Assembly (NCBI RefSeq): GCF_002105155.1
Contig: NW_019029015.1
Span: 1-64,000 of the forward strand
Length of the DNA stretch: 64,000 nucleotides
Source: Lobosporangium transversale
Lineage: Eukaryota
Reading direction: 5' to 3'
The notes beneath the pieces are model-generated. The model made no database searches, was not told the origin of the DNA, and saw only the letters and a program-made list of their open reading frames with translations. The translations under genes and the position numbers were made by a program. Shown piece by piece: positions 61,671 to 64,000 of this stretch. Position 1 is the stretch's first letter. Each line of letters begins with the position of its first letter.

Positions 61671-62169
61671 GCTGTGGCTGGTCATTAATAGTTATATTAA
61701 ATTAATTATAAGTACTAACCGGGGCATCCTGTCGAACCACAGCTAAAAGAATCTTTGCGCAAAGCCTTATAGGCTATAGGCGAGTCCACCTCACCTAGAA
61801 AGCACCACAGTCAGGCCTGTAGGCTAGGTTATAAAAGCCAAAGAAACTTCCTTCCCAATAAAGTCTTCAGTTTACCCAAAAGGCTTAAGTTTACCCATAA
61901 ATCTCAAGTTTTCCCCATTTGTCTTGTCCTTGACCTGCAAGTTCATCTTGCCGTTTATCTTTTTCCCTTTTCACAACAAGCATTTGTCTTCCAGTAACTC
62001 AGTTTGTGAGCTCACCTATAAAGCTCCCGTCTTCCCTTTTGGCATCCTAAGGCGCTATTTGTCGTCAAGATTATTTGCCTCTATTTCCTTTTGTTATTCT
62101 TGGTAATACTTTTTTTTTTTTTTTGTCTTGTCCTGATTCTGTGTCTATCTTTTTGCCCATTAAGCAAAT
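61671..62169 (+). repeat. Dispersed LTR-like repeat, family A, copy 2
   Basis: Diverged direct copy of 3505-3910 with internal short duplications (agtttaccca repeats). Confidence 0.7.
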
Positions 62170-62449
62170 ATACACTTACTATTTATGAGGGGGTATTAAA
62201 GGATTGGTTGTTTCTCACTGACCATTGATACATGCAGATGATAGGAAGCCCTCGGTTTTGAAAATGCTATGCGTGAAGGAAATATTAAGGAGCTTACCTT
62301 CAAGGTGAAGAATTCAGCCATCTCGCTTTTGCAATTGTAGAGGGTGCCGACGTTACGTTGAAGAAGATAGCGATCAGGAGCAGTCACTGAGTACACCAAG
62401 TATGACCGCGAAAGATTGCATGCTTGGTATAGTTACTTTATATATGTTA

Positions 62450-62740
62450 TATGAGGCCCAGACGCGGACGCCTCTATGCTAGCCTTTGTCCCTTCCAAGA
62501 GAAAACGACTCGGTTATCGTGCTGACCTACTTTAAAGAACGATGTTGATGCTCGAGCGTGACTGGGGTAGTCATGGAAGGGGCCAGAACATAGGACATCT
62601 CTGGGACAAAGTGTCTAGTAGAGTGCAATCACGAGCCCCACAGGCAATTGCATGACATACTGGTAGCTCGGTCGACACAAGTGGGGAAGCTTAGAAAAAC
62701 TTCCTAATGATCTTGTGCCGAGTTTTGTTTTAAGAGATAC
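62450..62740 (+). pseudogene. Possible very old Tc1/mariner transposase C-terminal remnant
   Basis: IGHLWDKVSSRVQSRAP...W...NDLVPSF resembles the IEHLW..L...V...W.....LV.SM pattern; heavily degraded. Confidence 0.3.
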
Positions 62741-64000
62741 GCTCATGTCCTTGTCTGATCCTTGTCATATGATCTTTGATGATTTATTAATCCTATTTCT
62801 TATTATTATTTCTAGGTTCATTCTTTTAACCAGCCGGGCAATGCTGAGGAGTACGTGGTAGCAATGTCGCTCGGCTTGTTAGGATAGAGCCAGTGTACCT
62901 AGTCGATAACGTGAAGAGGCTAGAGTCCTCTTTACCTGTTATTCGATGAGATGCTCATATTTCGGATATGTTTTCATTGTTCTTCATAACCCAGATTCAG
63001 AAGTCGCTCAGTCGTACTTATTATGCTTTTCTTAACTGATATAAGGGCCTACAGTTCATCTCAAGGAAGAGTATGAGAATACAAGCAGGTCGCAGGACAG
63101 GACGGAGAAACGGGGGTGAAGCAAAGTGCTAACGAAGACATCGATGACCAGGCCTACATGTAGTCGGCCTGACATCCTCCAATGATCGCCATGATATGCT
63201 GTGTTGCACCGTACCTTCACTTATACTATTAAGATTTGCTTATTGATTTACAGTTACGAGATAAATAAACAGGGCACAACGAAACTATGAGAGTATCCTT
63301 CTGTACCTGAAATTTAGGAGAAGCGTTACTTCAGTTAGTTAACGACAATCTACTCTTGATATCTGGCTCCATGCCGTCGTTGGATGAGGTCACTCTATTT
63401 CAACCGATATGGGCCTGGATCTGGCCCATAGTGATGATTAACGAGAATGCTCCATTAGCATGATTGAACCGGTAAAATGTAGGAAAACGTCTGGCACAAC
63501 TGCATATTTTTTTTTCTTACTAAAATAGCACTTTTCGGTGTAAAGAAAAAAATACTCCATGCAAAGATCTGGGTATCATTGGACTAAAAAGGGCATATAA
63601 AGCTATCTGCGGACTGTATTTTTGAACTTGGATGGCCCTTGTTAAATCCAAATGGTCATAAATGGACATCAACTCTTTTAATAGCCTCCCTTGCTGATGA
63701 ACAACAAACAACATTACCAGCACCTGGTTGATATGGTACAGTTACACACACAAGATATTCGTAATTAAACTTTCACATAAGAACGTGTCTTTATCAAAAT
63801 GTCTATGTTGTGCACAAAAAAAAAAAAAAGAAAGAAGGCGTGAAAAGGGAATAAAAATACTCGTAGAGAGGAGTGGAGAGGATAAACTTTTTTCTTTTTT
63901 CACAAAAAAAAAGGTATGTTGACCGGGATATCGCTTTTTTTTTTTTTTTTTTTTTTTTTACATTCCTGCGGTAGTTTTCTTTCCAATCAGGATTTGCTTG

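Noticed and set aside
3505..62169. Family A repeats as paired LTRs of one giant 58-kb element
   Set aside because: The copies are clearly diverged, no shared TSD was found, and conserved housekeeping genes lie between them.

Overview
Eukaryotic, intron-containing, AT-rich fungal DNA. The gene families and poly-A/T-rich introns suggest an early-diverging fungus such as Mortierellaceae (inference). The first ~28 kb is a nested mobile-element/effector cluster. It holds two divergently oriented Fanzor (eukaryotic TnpB)-like remnants, one with a spliceosomal intron before RuvC-II, and two Crinkler (CRN) NTPase-REase paralogues. Between the CRN copies lies a Mutator-like element whose reconstructed protein is GCM domain - DDE transposase - AT-hook - USP-like cysteine protease - PARP-type zinc finger. 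That element is split by a young full-length Ty3/gypsy chromovirus (LTRs 9269-9407 and 17922-18058). The chromovirus carries two antisense cargo ORFs and a MITE in a ~3 kb leader, plus a stem-loop array in its 3' UTR. The rest is mostly ordinary genes (secreted GH19/lysozyme-like, DUF1748, HAUS8-like, SLC35F5-like, ML-domain, verprolin, SEC11, ABZ2-like), interspersed with solo LTRs and a truncated gag element. All calls come from reading motifs by eye; no searches were run. Many frameshifts sit in homopolymers and may be assembly errors.
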